NCBI RefSeq assembly: GCF_006345805.1
Contig: NC_043003.1
Span: 2,728,001 to 2,792,000, forward strand
Source: Octopus sinensis
Taxonomy: Eukaryota
Length of the DNA stretch: 64,000 nt
Direction of reading: 5' to 3'
Translations under genes and position numbers: made by a program
Shown here: positions 23,801-36,431 of the stretch, piece after piece
How the letters are laid out: each line of letters starts with the position of its first letter
How positions within the stretch are numbered: the first letter of the stretch is position 1
Notes under the pieces: generated by a model
Databases searched by the model: none
What the model was told of the DNA's origin: nothing
Seen by the model: only the letters and a program-made list of their open reading frames with translations

Positions 23801-26800
23801 GCAGGGGTGGGGATGTGTGTAAAAAGTGCTTCTTGTTTTCCATCAAATGCTCTGAATAATGATTCTTGGACCCAAAGATATAATTTTGTTAATCCTAATT
23901 TTCATTTGTTCAATAGATCAAAAAGAACAGCCTGTCTGAGTCAAAGAAAAGAAAAGAAATGGAAAACGACATGGAGAGTCTTAATAAGGTAAATGTTTGA
24001 ATTTAGGGCAGTGAGCTGGCAGAATCGTTAGCACGCCAGACGAAATGCTTAGCGGTATTTCATCTGCCATTACGTTCTGAGTTCAAATTCCGCCGCGGTC
24101 GACTTTGCCTTTCATCCTTTCGGGGTTGATAAATTAAGTACCAGTTACGCACTGGGATCGATGTAATCGACTTAATACCTATGTCTGTCCTTGTTTGTCC
24201 CTTCTGTGTTTAGCCCCTTGTGGGTAGTAAAGAAATAGGTATTTCGTCTGCCTTTACATTCTGAGTTCAAATTCCACCGAGGTCAACTTTGCCTTTCATC
24301 CTTTCAGGGTCGATAAATTAAGTACCAGTTACGCACTGGGGTCGATGTAATCGACTTAATCCGTTTGTCTGTCCTTGTTTGTCCCCTCTGTGTTTAGCCC
24401 CTTGTGGGTAATAAAGAAATAGGTATTTCATCTGCCTTTACATTCTGAGTTCAAATTCCACCGAGGTCGACTTTGCCTTTCATCCTTTCGGGGTCGATAA
24501 ATTAAGTACCAGTTACGCACTGGGGTCGATGTAATCGACTTAATCCGTTTGTCTGTCCTTGTTTGTCCCCTCTGTGTTTAGCCCCTTGTGGGTAGTAAAG
24601 AAATAGGTATTTCATCTGCCGTTACATTCTGAGTTCAAATTCCACCGAGGTCGACTTTGCCTTTCATCCTTTCGGGGTCGATAAATTAAGTACCAGTTAC
24701 GCAGTGGGGTCGATATAATCGACTTTATCCGTTTGTCTGTCCTTGTTTGTCCCCTCTGTGTTTAGCCCCTTGTGGGTAGTAAAGAAATAGGTATTTCATC
24801 TGCCGTTACATTCTGAGTTCAAATTCCACCGAGGTCGACTTTGCCTTTCATCCTTTCGGGGTCGATAAATTAAGTACCAGTTACGCAGTGGGGTCGATAT
24901 AATCGACTTTATCCGTTTGTCTGTCCTTGTTTGTCCCCTCTGTGTTTAGCCCCTTGTGGGTAATAAAGAAATAGGTATTTCATCTGCCTTTACATTCTGA
25001 GTTCAAATTCCACCGAGGTCGACTTTGCCTTTCATCCTTTCGGGGTCGATAAATTAAGTACCAGTTACGCACTGGGGTCGATGTAATCGACTTAATCCGT
25101 TTGTCTGTCCTTGTTTGTCCCCTCTGTGTTTAGCCCCTTGTGGGTAGTAAAGAAATAGGTATTTCATCTGCCGTTACATTCTGAGTTCAAATTCCACCGA
25201 GGTCGACTTTGCCTTTCATCCTTTCGGGGTCGATAAATTAAGTACCAGTTACGCAGTGGGGTCGATATAATCGACTTTATCCGTTTGTCTGTCCTTGTTT
25301 GTCCCCTCTGTGTTTAGCCCCTTGTGGTAGTAAAGAAATAGGTATTTCATCTGCCGTTACATTCTGAGTTCAAATTCCACCGAGGTCGACTTTGCCTTTC
25401 ATCCTTTCGGGGTCGATAAATTAAGTACCAGTTACGCAGTGGGGTCGATATAATCGACTTTATCCGTTTGTCTGTCCTTGTTTGTCCCCTCTGTGTTTAG
25501 CCCCTTGTGGGTAATAAAGAAATAGGTATTTCATCTGCCTTTACATTCTGAGTTCATACTCCACCAAGGCCAACTTTGCCTTTCGGGGTCAAATAAGTAC
25601 CAGTCATGTACTGGGGTCGATGTAATCGACTTAAAACCCTTTGTCCCCTCTACGTTTAGCCCCTTGTGGACAGTAAAGAAATAAATGTTTGAATTTATGT
25701 TATCATTGTTTTGAAATAACTTTGAAGTCTCAGGTAATCTTTCTGCTGCCAGCTTTGACCTGAGAACAGAAAAGTTATACAGCCACTTTTTTAGCATACC
25801 AATAAGTGCAGACGTGGCTGTGTGGTAAGTAGCTTGCTTCCCAACCACATGGTTCCAGGTTCACTCTCACTGCATGGCACCTTGGCCAAGAGTCTTTTAT
25901 AGTCTCAGGCTGACCAAAACCTTGTGAGTAGATGTAGTAGATGGAAACTGAAAGAAGCCCATCATATATGTATGTTGTGTATGTATTTGTCCTCCACCAC
26001 CCCTTGACAACCAGTGTTGGTGTGTTTATGTCCCTATAACTTAGCAGTTCAGCAAAAGACACCAATAGGCGCAGGAGTGGCTGTGTGGTAAGTAGCTTGT
26101 TTACCAACCACATGGTTCTGGGTTCAGTCCCACTGCGTGGCACCTTGGGCAAGTGTCTTCTACTATAGCCTCAGGCCAACCAAAGCCTTGTGAGTGGATT
26201 TGGTAGATGGAAACTGAAAGAAGCCCGTCGTATATATGTATATATATATGTGTGTGTGCGTGTATGTTTGTGTTTGTCCCCCTAGCATTGCTTGACAACC
26301 GATGCTGGTGTGTTTATGCCCCCGTCACTTAGCAGTTTGGCAAAAGAGATCGATAGAATAAGTACTGGGCTTACAATGAATAAGTCCCGGGGTTAAGTTG
26401 CTCGATTAAAGGCGGTGCTCCAGCATGGCTGCAGTCAAATGACTGAAACAAGTAAAAGAGTAATAGAATAAGTGTCAGGTTTAAAACAAACTAAGTACTG
26501 CAGTTGATTCATTCAACTAAAATTTCTTCCTGGTGGTGTCCCAGCATGGCCACAGTCTGATGAGTGAAGCAAGTGAAAGATAAAAAAAATGTCCATTGAA
26601 GTTAATCTTTTAGAATGAAAATATAGATTATAGTTTTTGTTTGATGGGGATACAGACTCAAAACCCTTTATCTGCTCCTGGCAATTATGCATTTCATTAG
26701 CAATCACCAAATTTCTTTTAACAGGCACAGGAGTGGCTGTGTAGTAAGAGGCTTGCTCCAAAGCCACATGGTTCTGGGTTCAGTTCCACTGCATGGCACC

Positions 26801-28274
26801 TTGGGAAAGTGTCTCTTTTACTATAACCTCGGACCGACCAGAGCCTTGTGAGTGGATTTGGTAGACAGAAACTGAAAGAAGCCTGTCTATGAATGTGTGT
26901 GTGTATGTTTAGTGGTATTTCATCTGTCTTCAGGTTCTGAGTTCATATTCTGCCAAGGTCAACTTTGCCTTTCATCCTTTCAGGGTCGATAAACTAAGTA
27001 CCAGTTGCAAAATGGGGTTGATCTAATCGACTGGCTCATTCCCTCCAAAAATGTCAGGCCTTGTGCCTAGAGTAAAAAAGTATATATATATTTATGTATG
27101 TGTCTGTGTTTGTCCCCCCACAACAACACTTGACAACCAATGTTGGTGTGTTTATGTCCCCGTAACTTAATGGTTCAGCAAAAGAGAATAATCCTGTGAT
27201 TCAGAACGAAATCTTGTCTTTTCTCTGTTTTACAGGCAGCTTTAGAAGCTTTTAAGAAAGACATAATTAATGACCCTTCATTAGCCAAACAATATGGTAT
27301 CTCTCTACCAACCAAAAAACAAAGTAAGTAGTGAATTCTTTATTTAATTTGTGTTTTTGTTTCTAATTTGTTCTTATTTCAGTCCGTGTGTCAACATTCT
27401 CTTCTTAAAACTATATTCGTTGACAAAGCTTAGAAAAGAATTTTTAACGATAAAACTTCCTGTCATTTCAGGCATCTGTCAAAAGTGACCTGAATTAAGA
27501 TTTAATCTATAGAGGAAAAGTTTAATTTATACAAGAAAGATATATAAAAAATACTTTATTTATCATCACCATCATTTGACATCCATTTTCCATGCTGGTA
27601 TGGGTTGGACGGTTTGACAGGAACTGACTAGCTGAAGGGCTGTTCAGGCTCCCCTGTCTGTTTTGGCATGGTTTCTATGGCCGGATGCCCTTCCTAACAC
27701 CAACCACTTTACAGAGTGTACTGGGTGCTTCTACAAAATACTGGCATGGGTGCTTTTATGTGGCACCAGCCCCTATGAGCCTGCAAAATTAGGGATGTTC
27801 AGCTGGAGAGGGTTGCAGGGGACGAGCCTGTATGCAAGGGCAACTTCATATGTAGGAGGAGTGGCTGTGTGGTAAGTAGCTTGCTTACCAACCACATGAT
27901 TCCAGGTTCACTCCCACTGTGAGGCACCTGGACAAGTATCTTCTACTATAGCCTCAAGCCAACCAAAGCCTTGTGAGTGGATTTGGTAGACGGAAACTGA
28001 AAGAAGCCCATCAAATATATATATATGTGTGTGTGTGTTTTTGTCCCCCCCCCCCACCATCGCTTGACAAGCAATGGTGGTGTGTTCACATTCCAGTTAC
28101 ATAGCAGTTCAGTAAAAGGGACCGATAGAATAAGTCCTAGGCTTACAAAGAATAAGTCCCGGGGTCGATTTCCTCAACTAAAGGCAGCGCTCCAGCTTGA
28201 CCACAGTCAAATGACTGAAACAAATAAAAGAATCAGCATCATCGTTTAGCGTCCGCTTTCCATGCTAGCATCAA

Positions 28275-28334
<60 letters not shown>

Positions 28335-31300
28335 TACAAATATATATAAGCATCATCATCATCGATGTAACATCCACTTTTCCATGCTCAAAAAGATCAG
28401 ATGGGATTTGTTGAGGTGGATTTTGTAGAGCCAAATCCTCTTCCTGTCATCACCCCCCGCCTCCGTTTCTAAGTTAGTCAATATTCCCCCATGACCAGAC
28501 GTTTCCATGAAGGATTGGAAATGGAGAACACTGCTAGCACGACAATAACATTCTTTTACAACTATTACACAGTGTCAAGGCAAGGAGACAGTAACACACA
28601 CACACGACAGGCTTCTTTCAGTTTCCAGTGCTGGTGCTAAGAGAAAAAGCATCCAGAACACTCTGTAAAGTGGTTGGCATTAGGAAGGGCATTCAAGAGA
28701 CATTAGGACTCAATGCAGCCGTCTCTCTGGTTCATTGGTTTCTCAAAAACTGTCTGACCCATGCAAACCCGGAAAAACTAGCACTAAATGATGATGATGA
28801 TGGTGATGATGTTGTGGTTCAATAAACTGCATAAACCTTTTAAATGCTTTGACAACTTATTGTGTAATTATATTTTTTTAATTCAGGTGATTCTGATAAT
28901 GATGTTCCTGTCAACAAACCAGTTCTTGAGGCAGAAACAGTGGTTGCAGAAACTACAGATTCCCAAAATCCAGACATTATTGGTAAACCCGAAGAGGAAG
29001 AACATCCAATTGAAGAGGAAACAACAGACTGGTATGAAGCTGTCTCAGACGAAGGCTACCATTATTATTGGAACACTAAAACTAACGGTAGGTTCTTTGA
29101 ATGCCTCTTATTTGTCTTTGCATTTTAAGCCTTGAATCTTGTGGTTAGTTGTGTCAAATGGCCAACTCTGTCAGACTTTACACATTATTAGCCATCCCAT
29201 CCTCCTCATCATTATCATCATTTTAATGTCCACTTTGCCATACTCACATGGGCCAGATCGTATTTGTTTAAGGCGGTGAGCTGGCAGAAACGTTAGCGTG
29301 CCGCTACGTTCTGAGTTCAAATTCCACCGAGGTCGACTTTGCCTTTCATCCTTTCAGGGTCGATAAAATAAGTACCAGTTACACACTGGGGTCAATGTAA
29401 TCGACTTAATCCGTTTGTCTGTCCTTGTTTGTCCCCTCTGTGTTTAGCCCCTTGTGGGTAGTAAAGAAATATGTGTTTGTTGAAGTAGAATTTCTACAGT
29501 CAGATGGATGCTCTTCCTGTCACCGACCCTTACCTCTTCCGAGTAAAGTACTACTTCCCTATAACCAGACATGTCTCAAAAGACCGGAAATGAACGACAC
29601 TGCTTGTATGACAGCAACACTCACAACGATTTCTTGATATTCAGGAAAGGAAGTGGCCACAAAAACAAACACACATATACATGTATAAATATATATATGC
29701 ATACACACACACACACACACACACATATATAGCAAGCTTCTTTCAGTTTCCACTTACCAAATCCACTCACAAGGTATTGGTTGGCCCTAGCTACCATGCA
29801 GTGGGACTGAACCTGGAACCATCTGGTTGGGAAGCAAGCTTCTCACCACACAGCCATGATTGCACCTTTGTTAAGTGTCTTTCAACCATTCACCTATTTA
29901 CCATAATTTCTTGACAAATCTATTTTTATTCATTATTTCATTCCATTATTTGTTTCTGTCTTCAGAATCTGTTTGGGAAAAACCAGAGCAGTTCCACAGT
30001 CTTCAAGAACAAGGTCTCAATGAAGATGGAACGGAAATGACAGCCGAAAACAATGAAGTTACAGATTCAAAAGTAAATTTTAAATATTAGATTGCTTTAC
30101 CTCATGGTCTTTTCTGTAAAACTAGTTATTTACTAAATCATTTAGTAGCCTGTGTATTGAATATTTGGTAGCCATCATCATCATCATCATCATAACGACC
30201 ACTTTTCCCTACTTTGATGGGTCAGGCAGATTCTCTACAGCTGGGTGCCCTTCCTGTCACCAACCTGTTTCCAAACAAGGTAATATTTCCCCATGGCCAG
30301 ACATGTTCTTCATGGAAGACTGGGAATGAATGACTTCACTTGTGTGACGAGGAAGCTCTTATTTACAATCATCGTGTGACATCAAAACACAGGTACACAC
30401 ACATTACACATATATCCATCATTCCATTCATCCACCCAGTCATCTTCTCCACCCGCTGTTTCTGGGATAATCATGGGATAGCATCCTCAGGCCTCCTCTA
30501 TAGGCTTCTTTCAGTTTCCATCTACTAAATCCACTCACAAAGCTTTGCTTGGCTCAGGGTCATTGCAGAAGAGACTCTTACCCTTGGATAAGTGACAAAC
30601 CACCCAGTAAGAGAGACTCCTAGTCCATAAGGTTGCAAAACAAGCTTCTTAAACATGCAATCACACCTGCATCTATTTATGAAGACATAAGACGTACTTT
30701 TGCCTGTCTCTTCTCAAAGCTCATTTCTCCAGCGTTCACCACTTCACCTCATCATGGCTTAACAGCCCTCACCGTTTGTTTTCACTGTTTTGCTCTTACT
30801 CTCCTGTTTTTGTTACCACTTTAACCCTCCGCAAAAAATCCCAAATTTTATTTAATTTGCTTTGCAGAAAGGCCTGTTTTAACGAAATCGTGTCTTGTCC
30901 CTACATTTGAAACATGGAGTAGATAAAACAGGGGACAACCAATGAAGGGATTGTTCTTTATGTTGCCGGTCTCATTTCTCTATTTGTTTCTTTCGTTGTT
31001 TGAAAAAAAAGTTTGTTTTTCATGTTCTTGTTTCTCATTTTGTTCATGTTTTTTTTTATGTTCTGTACCCATATATGCATGTATATATACATATATATGT
31101 AGGTATGTACATATATATATGTATATATGCATATATACATACACTTATATATATATATCGCGTGTGTATCATTGGCGATTTTCTTTCTCCGTCTTCCCTT
31201 CCTTGGATCTTTCCTTTTTCTGTTTCTGATGAAGAGCTCCGCTCGAAACGTTAAATCCTCCTTCTTTCTTTCCTTTCCTGAGCGTCCAATAACACTATAC

Positions 31301-31354
31301 TGGTTCCACATCTTCGCGTTGTTGTGTTTTCTCTTTGTTCATGTTTGGATTAAC

Positions 31355-31397
<43 letters not shown>

Positions 31398-31768
31398 GGT
31401 AATTCAAATGTTGCCATACATAGGAACAATTTATTTTTTTTTATTAGAAACAGTTTATAAGAACAGTTTGTATTTTATTTAACAGGTTCTATATGGTTAC
31501 CATTGTTTTGAATACACATTTCAATACGTTTACCCCACTCATTGTGAACTTGTAATAATAGCACATCTGGTGATACGTGTGCAAAGGAGTTGGTGATGCA
31601 TTCCTTCAAATGATTTATGTCTTTTATCTCTCTGCAATAAACCATTCCTTTCAAATGTCCCCAAAGATAGAAATCAAGAGGGGGCAGATCAGGGTATCAA
31701 GGGGATCTTATAAACCACTTCTTATAAAAAAATAATTTTTTCCTATGTATGGAGACTTTTGAATCACC

Positions 31769-31807
<39 letters not shown>

Positions 31808-31930
31808 TATTTGAAAGAATGAATAGGAATGGTTTTTCTGAGTGTTATCATCCATTCACATATGTTCTTATCTTCAGGGACTAGATCAAAATCTATGTAG
31901 TTGAGAAAAGAAGTTCGTAACTATACCAAC

Positions 31931-31961
<31 letters not shown>

Positions 31962-32498
31962 AATATTTGTTGTGCAAGATTTTTTATGTGAAGTCGTGTG
32001 TTGAAACAGATATTGTTATATTTCGAAATGGTCATTTTGCCAGTTTAGCCAATAAAAACACACGCACTATATATTTGGTGTTATTTTGCTTCAGTGTTAT
32101 TTATTTTTTACATTAATCTTAATCTTATTTCGGCCAGAGTTCTTTCGTCACACTCCTGTGACCGCATCAGTGGTCCTTTGCTTTCTTCTTTCTTATTTGT
32201 GTGTCTCTCCTTACTAACCGTCATATATATATATAGCTAGCATGGAAGGCAGACATTAAACGATGATGTCGATGGTGCTCCAGCATGACCGCAGCCACAT
32301 GGCTGAAACGAGTAAATGAATAGAAGACTAACAATATATATCTATATATATATATATAATATATATATATATATATAACAAGCAGATGTAAGAATTAACT
32401 GTAGTGACATTCTTTCTTAGTTATGTCCCTTTACATTCATTTTAACTTCGTCTCTCTCTCTTTCTCTCTCTCATTTTCTCACTCTCGCTTTCTCTCTC

Positions 32499-32538
<40 letters not shown>

Positions 32539-34615
32539 GTTGATAAAATAAGTACCAGACAAATCCTGTGGTCAATGTAATCAATTAAAACCTCTCAAGA
32601 CGGTCCAGGGAGTGAAACCAGTTCAAAGATGGACAGAGTTGAGCTCTGCTGTACACTCGCCATGTGCACTGATTACACAATATTCAATTCCTTCTTACCA
32701 TTCTCTCCTACAAGTGGAGTTGGAATTCTGTAGAACTCATTGATTATTCTGTTTGTACAGATTAAAAAGCAATAAAGAAATATCATGAGGGTCTGCTGGA
32801 AAGTTCCTGGTTTTGGGTAAAAGAAAATACAGGAGAATCAGTTCTAATTTTATTCAACATATTCCTCTCTCAGATTGCAGCTGTTCTTCGGTTTTTCTAA
32901 GCCCCATAAAAGAACTGGGAAGTTTGGGCCTCCGACCATACCTTTTGCAGGACCCTTAAAACCAGGAACTTTTCAGCACCTCCTCATATCTGTTTAATAA
33001 TAGTTGGGTTTTATCACCTTTGAATTTTACTGAATTGCTTTGTAAAGCTGTTTATTGATACTTCTAATTTATTTTAGGAATCTGAAACTGAAAAAGAAGC
33101 AGAGAAAACAGAAGAAGTCAAAACAGAAGTCAAAACTGAAAAAGTCAAAACTGAAAAAGTCAAAACTGAAAAAGTCAAAACTGAAAAAGTCAAAACTGAA
33201 AAAGTCAAAACAGAAGCAGTCAAAACAGAATCAGATTTGAAGCCTTCATCTACTCCTGCAAGATCTCAGACAAATCGCAGTTCTTCCCGCTCTGCCTATG
33301 GTCAATGGACAACATATGAAAAAACAGCGTATGCACTTTCAACATATTTCATGAATCCCTCCATTTTCTTTGTTCTCAATTATATTGCAGGAGCATCGTT
33401 AGTGGGGACGAGGGTAGTCTGTTCTGGACGATGCTTTTCTGGATGTGAGACTTTTGGGTCTGCCATATAAGCCTGTGTGTGTCTGGTGGGGGAAGGTCAA
33501 CTGAAGGCCTGCCCCTGGTGCAGCCCTCAGTCAAACTGTCCAATCCATGCCAGCATAGAAAGCAGACATTAAATGATGATGATATATATGTGTGTGTGTG
33601 TGTGTCTATATTTGTCTCTCCCCATCGCTTCACAACCGATGTTGGTGAGTTTACTTATTGGTTTGGCAACAGAGACCAATAGAATAAGTACTAGACTTTA
33701 AAAAGATAAGTACTGGGGTTGATTTATTGAATTATAACCCTTCAGGGCTGTGCCTCAAGCATGGCTGCAGTCTAATGACTGAGACCAGCAGAAGATAAAA
33801 ATGTTTCTATTGAAATTTTGGCACAAGGCCTGCAAGTTTGGGGGGGGGGGGTAAGTCAACCCTGGTGATCATTCTTTTACTTGTTTCAATCATTTGATTG
33901 TGGCCATGCTGGAGCACCACCTTTAGTTGAACAAGTCGACAACAGGAGTTATTCGTTGTCATCTAGTACTTATTCTATCGGTCTTTTTTATCGAACCGCT
34001 AAGCTACAGGGACATAAACACACCTACATCAATTGTCAAGTGATGGTGGGGGACAAACAGACACACAAATACATGCATACATATATATATATATATTCGA
34101 CGGGCTTCTTTCATTTTCTGTCTACCAAATCCACTCACAAGGCTTTGGTTGGCCCGAGGCTATAGTAGAAGACACTTGCCCAAGGGTGCCATGCAGTGGG
34201 ACTGAACCCGGAACCATGTGGTTGGGAAGCAAGCTTCTTACCACACAGCTACTCCTGTGACTCAAATAGTATTTAATTTATCGACCTCGAAATGATGAAA
34301 GAGATAATCTCAATAAAATCTGAATTCTGCCAATCTTTGTATTAAAGACAAAAGTATTTGTAAAAATTTTCCAGTCTTTGTATTAAAATATAAATTAATT
34401 TTCTTTTTTACAGAGAATTTGTTGATTATGAGTTGCCTTCGGTTCCCGAAGAAATGCCTCTACTGACATTTTCCTCAGAAGAACCAGCCAAAATGAAATT
34501 CAAAGAAAAGCGACTAACACTTGCAGATCTTCCTGACGGCGAAATTATTGCATTTAAAAAGCGTAAAATTTCTAAAGGTTCACGGAATATCCGTGGGAAA
34601 TTAGACGACGACTGA
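17809..34615 (+). CDS. WBP4: WW domain-binding protein 4 / FBP21 (matrin-type zinc finger plus WW domain; spliceosomal), 9 exons, about 352 aa
   Basis: Exons: 17809-17810 (AT), 20416-20488, 21277-21339, 23917-23988, 27236-27323, 28887-29087, 29966-30072, 33078-33328, 34414-34615. All junctions are AG/GT and phase-consistent. Translation: MADYWKSQPRKFCEFCKCWLTENKPSIEFHEKGKRHQENV...AALEAFKKD...WYEAVSDEGYHYYWNTKTNESVWEKP...AYGQW...FKEK...FKKRK...RNIRGKLDDD*, matching hallmark WBP4 motifs. Confidence 0.95.
24005..25684 (+). repeat. tRNA-derived SINE head followed by nine tandem 184-bp copies of its 3' part
   Basis: Unit starts (GGTATTTC) at 24054, 24238, 24422, 24606, 24790, 24974, 25158, 25341 and 25525. 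A monomer of the same SINE lies at 29272-29471. Confidence 0.95.
26068..26462 (+). mobile_element. tRNA-headed SINE with a central microsatellite; representative of more than 10 full or partial copies (e.g. about 8490-8770, 11535-11950, 27860-28230, 33880-34255 reverse)
   Basis: A-box-like TGGCTGTGTGG and B-box-like GGTTCAGTCCC; the shared body GTGAGTGGATTTGGTAGA.GGAAACTGAAAGAAGCCC recurs across the window. Confidence 0.85.
29272..29471 (+). mobile_element. Monomeric tRNA-derived SINE with a CTTTCATCCTTT..GGGTCGATAAA core (related copies at about 600-760, 6800-7020, 26915-27080, 44130-44300, 45850-45990, 58100-58300, 60480-60660)
   Basis: A box TGGCAGAA, B box GAGTTCAAATTCC, and a conserved central domain in all copies. 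Confidence 0.85.
31222..31256 (+). ncRNA. Minimal hammerhead-ribozyme-like motif inside a Penelope-like terminal repeat
   Basis: GTTT-CTGATGA-A-GAGC(TCC)GCTC-GAAA-CG-TT-AAAT: catalytic core boxes, a 4-bp stem II, a palindromic stem III and a short stem I. Confidence 0.5.
31395..31771 (-). mobile_element. Non-autonomous Tc1/mariner-superfamily element inserted in (TA)n
   Basis: TA|CAGGGTAATTCAAA ... TTTGAATCACCCTG|TA. The minus strand has a transposase C-terminal remnant resembling HLKECI...RIEMCIQNNGNHIE. Confidence 0.8.
32786..32986. mobile_element. Mariner-like MITE
   Basis: Imperfect TIR: GAGGGTCTGCTGGAAAGTTCCTGGTTTT and AAAACCAGGAACTTTTCAGCACCTCCTC, followed by ATA. Confidence 0.6.
33117..33233 (+). 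repeat. Coding 15-bp minisatellite in WBP4 exon 8, encoding VKTE-(VKTEK)x5-VKTEA-VKTES
   Basis: GTCAAAACTGAAAAA occurs as 5 perfect units plus 3 variant units, in the frame fixed by the flanking splice phases. Confidence 0.9.
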
Positions 34616-34626
34616 CATTTTTACTT

Positions 34627-34650
34627 AATAAAATAAAATTTAAATAAAAA
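34627..34650 (+). terminator. WBP4 polyadenylation signal cluster
   Basis: Overlapping AATAAA hexamers 12-35 nt after the stop codon, with T/GT-rich sequence downstream. Confidence 0.6.
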
Positions 34651-36019
34651 TACTACAAATATTTATTTTGTAAAAACCATTTTACAAAGTGTGCTTTTTG
34701 TGGTTAAACACCATTTTTAGTATCCTGAGGAACAATGGTATTACTTTGCTTGTGTGGAACAGGAATCTTAAGCTGTTGCCATCATCATCATCATCATGGA
34801 ATGACTGTTTTCCATGCTGGCATGAGTGGAAGAGAGTTCATTGAGGTAAGTTTTCTATGGCTGGATGCTCTCCCTGTTGCCAACCTTTGATTCTGTTTCT
34901 AAGTATGGTAATATTTCGCCATGACCTGACATAACAGGAAATAAACATGGTTTGTATGATGGTGATGCTCTCTTAGAACCATGATCCCAATTCTAGTATG
35001 AAATAGTGATATTTGAACTGTGTCCTACATGTGAAGAACTGCGATATTTGAACTGTCCTACATGTGAAGAACTGGCATTTGAACTGTGTTCTACATGTGA
35101 AGATATCTGAAGACTGAAAACAAATGGGTTGAGTGTGTCCATGTAAGAAGTTTGCTTCCAACCACATGGTTCTGGGTTCAGTCCTACTTGGACAAGTGTC
35201 TTGCTATAACCTTGGGCTGACCAAAACCCATGAGTAGATTTGGTAGACAGATTGCTTCAACATCAGTGAGGCCTAAAAATGCACGTGTACAAACAACAAC
35301 AATATGATGGAGGAAGTGAACTAATTCACAGCACAAATTAATCAAATCACCTGTGCAGGTTGCAACAAATTACAGAACCTTCACCTGTTGTCTGCAACAA
35401 GAGAGTCCATCACTGTACTGAACTGGACTGGTGATGTGTGTGTGTGTGTGTGTAGGAGCAGTGACAGGTGAGTAAGAAAGTGTCAAACCTTGCAGATTTG
35501 AGGAAGTTGAAGAAGACGTGGTAAGGTCTCATCTCAGCCCATGCTGGACCGTACAAACTGTGAGACACTGTTGAACGTATGCCAAATAAAATGGCATACA
35601 TAAAATGATGATAAAAGCTTTTAAAAAATGTCTTTTCAAGAGCTCAGAGAACCTCTGCCTCAAGAGGTGGTTACTATTGTATAGCTGCACGAGTTAATAA
35701 TAATAATTAATTCGTTTATTGGCCACAAGGGCTAACAAAAATCAGATAAAACATGTAGGGACAAAACAAGACGAAAGTTACAAAAGGTTTTGTCCGTTTG
35801 AAAAGTCCGTGTACAAATGCAAGATAACGAAAATATGTAACAATTAAAACTCCCAATGGGGAGGGGGGCGCTTCGAAAGGTTACTCGTGGAAAAAGCCAT
35901 GGGAGCCTGGTCAAAAGTGGGGTAGAGAGCCCCTTTCTCCTTTTATATTTACCTCTTTTGTTACAGGTGTAACCTCAGAATTGGTCCATTCATACTGGCC
36001 ATTCTTCCGACATAATAAT

Positions 36020-36431
36020 AATGAAATTATTGTGTACAATGCTCAGGTGCACTACAATTTATCAAAGGTGCATGTGCAGTACATAGAATTATGGGGAAAA
36101 GTCAGGAAAGTGAACAGTGTATGAGTCATGATGTACAGGTGTGCATGTGTATGGAGTGGGGAGGGATGTCAGGTGTGACATTGGTGAATTTCAGGAAGCA
36201 TGGAGGTTTTAAAGGATGCAATGTCTTGGCAACTAACAACTGATGCAGGTAGTTTGTTCCATGCTTCAGTGACTCTGAGTGTGAAAAAACTGTTTCTGGA
36301 AGTCGTGGGGTGCTGTGCTGTTTTCTGACTTTGTAGCCATGCCCACATGTGTTAGACACATGGAGCTCAAAAAGGTGCTTAATAAGGTGGTTGTTGGCAT
36401 GAGGGTTAATAATTTTGTGGGTGTTTACCAA
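36020..36431 (-). mobile_element. 3' end of a CR1/L2-type LINE with a (TAT)n tail on the minus strand (related pieces at 45554-45842 and about 46870-47040)
   Basis: Minus-strand peptide TCGHGYKVRKQ...VFS resembles the TRGH..K...FFS.RVV..WN.LP C-terminus of CR1 ORF2; three copies abut trinucleotide tails. Confidence 0.65.

Noticed and set aside
24054-25684. Regular repeat array as a possible CRISPR locus
   Set aside because: The units are contiguous 184-bp SINE copies with no unique spacers, there are no cas genes, and the context is eukaryotic.
33055-33240. Lys-rich ORF (SKLKK)n in the ORF track
   Set aside because: Wrong frame. Splice phases on both sides and the downstream AYGQW motif fix the VKTEK frame.
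35009-35105. Three ~33-bp tandem units; also the short duplications at 19790-19870 and 47490-47600
   Set aside because: Ordinary local slippage duplications with no further structure.
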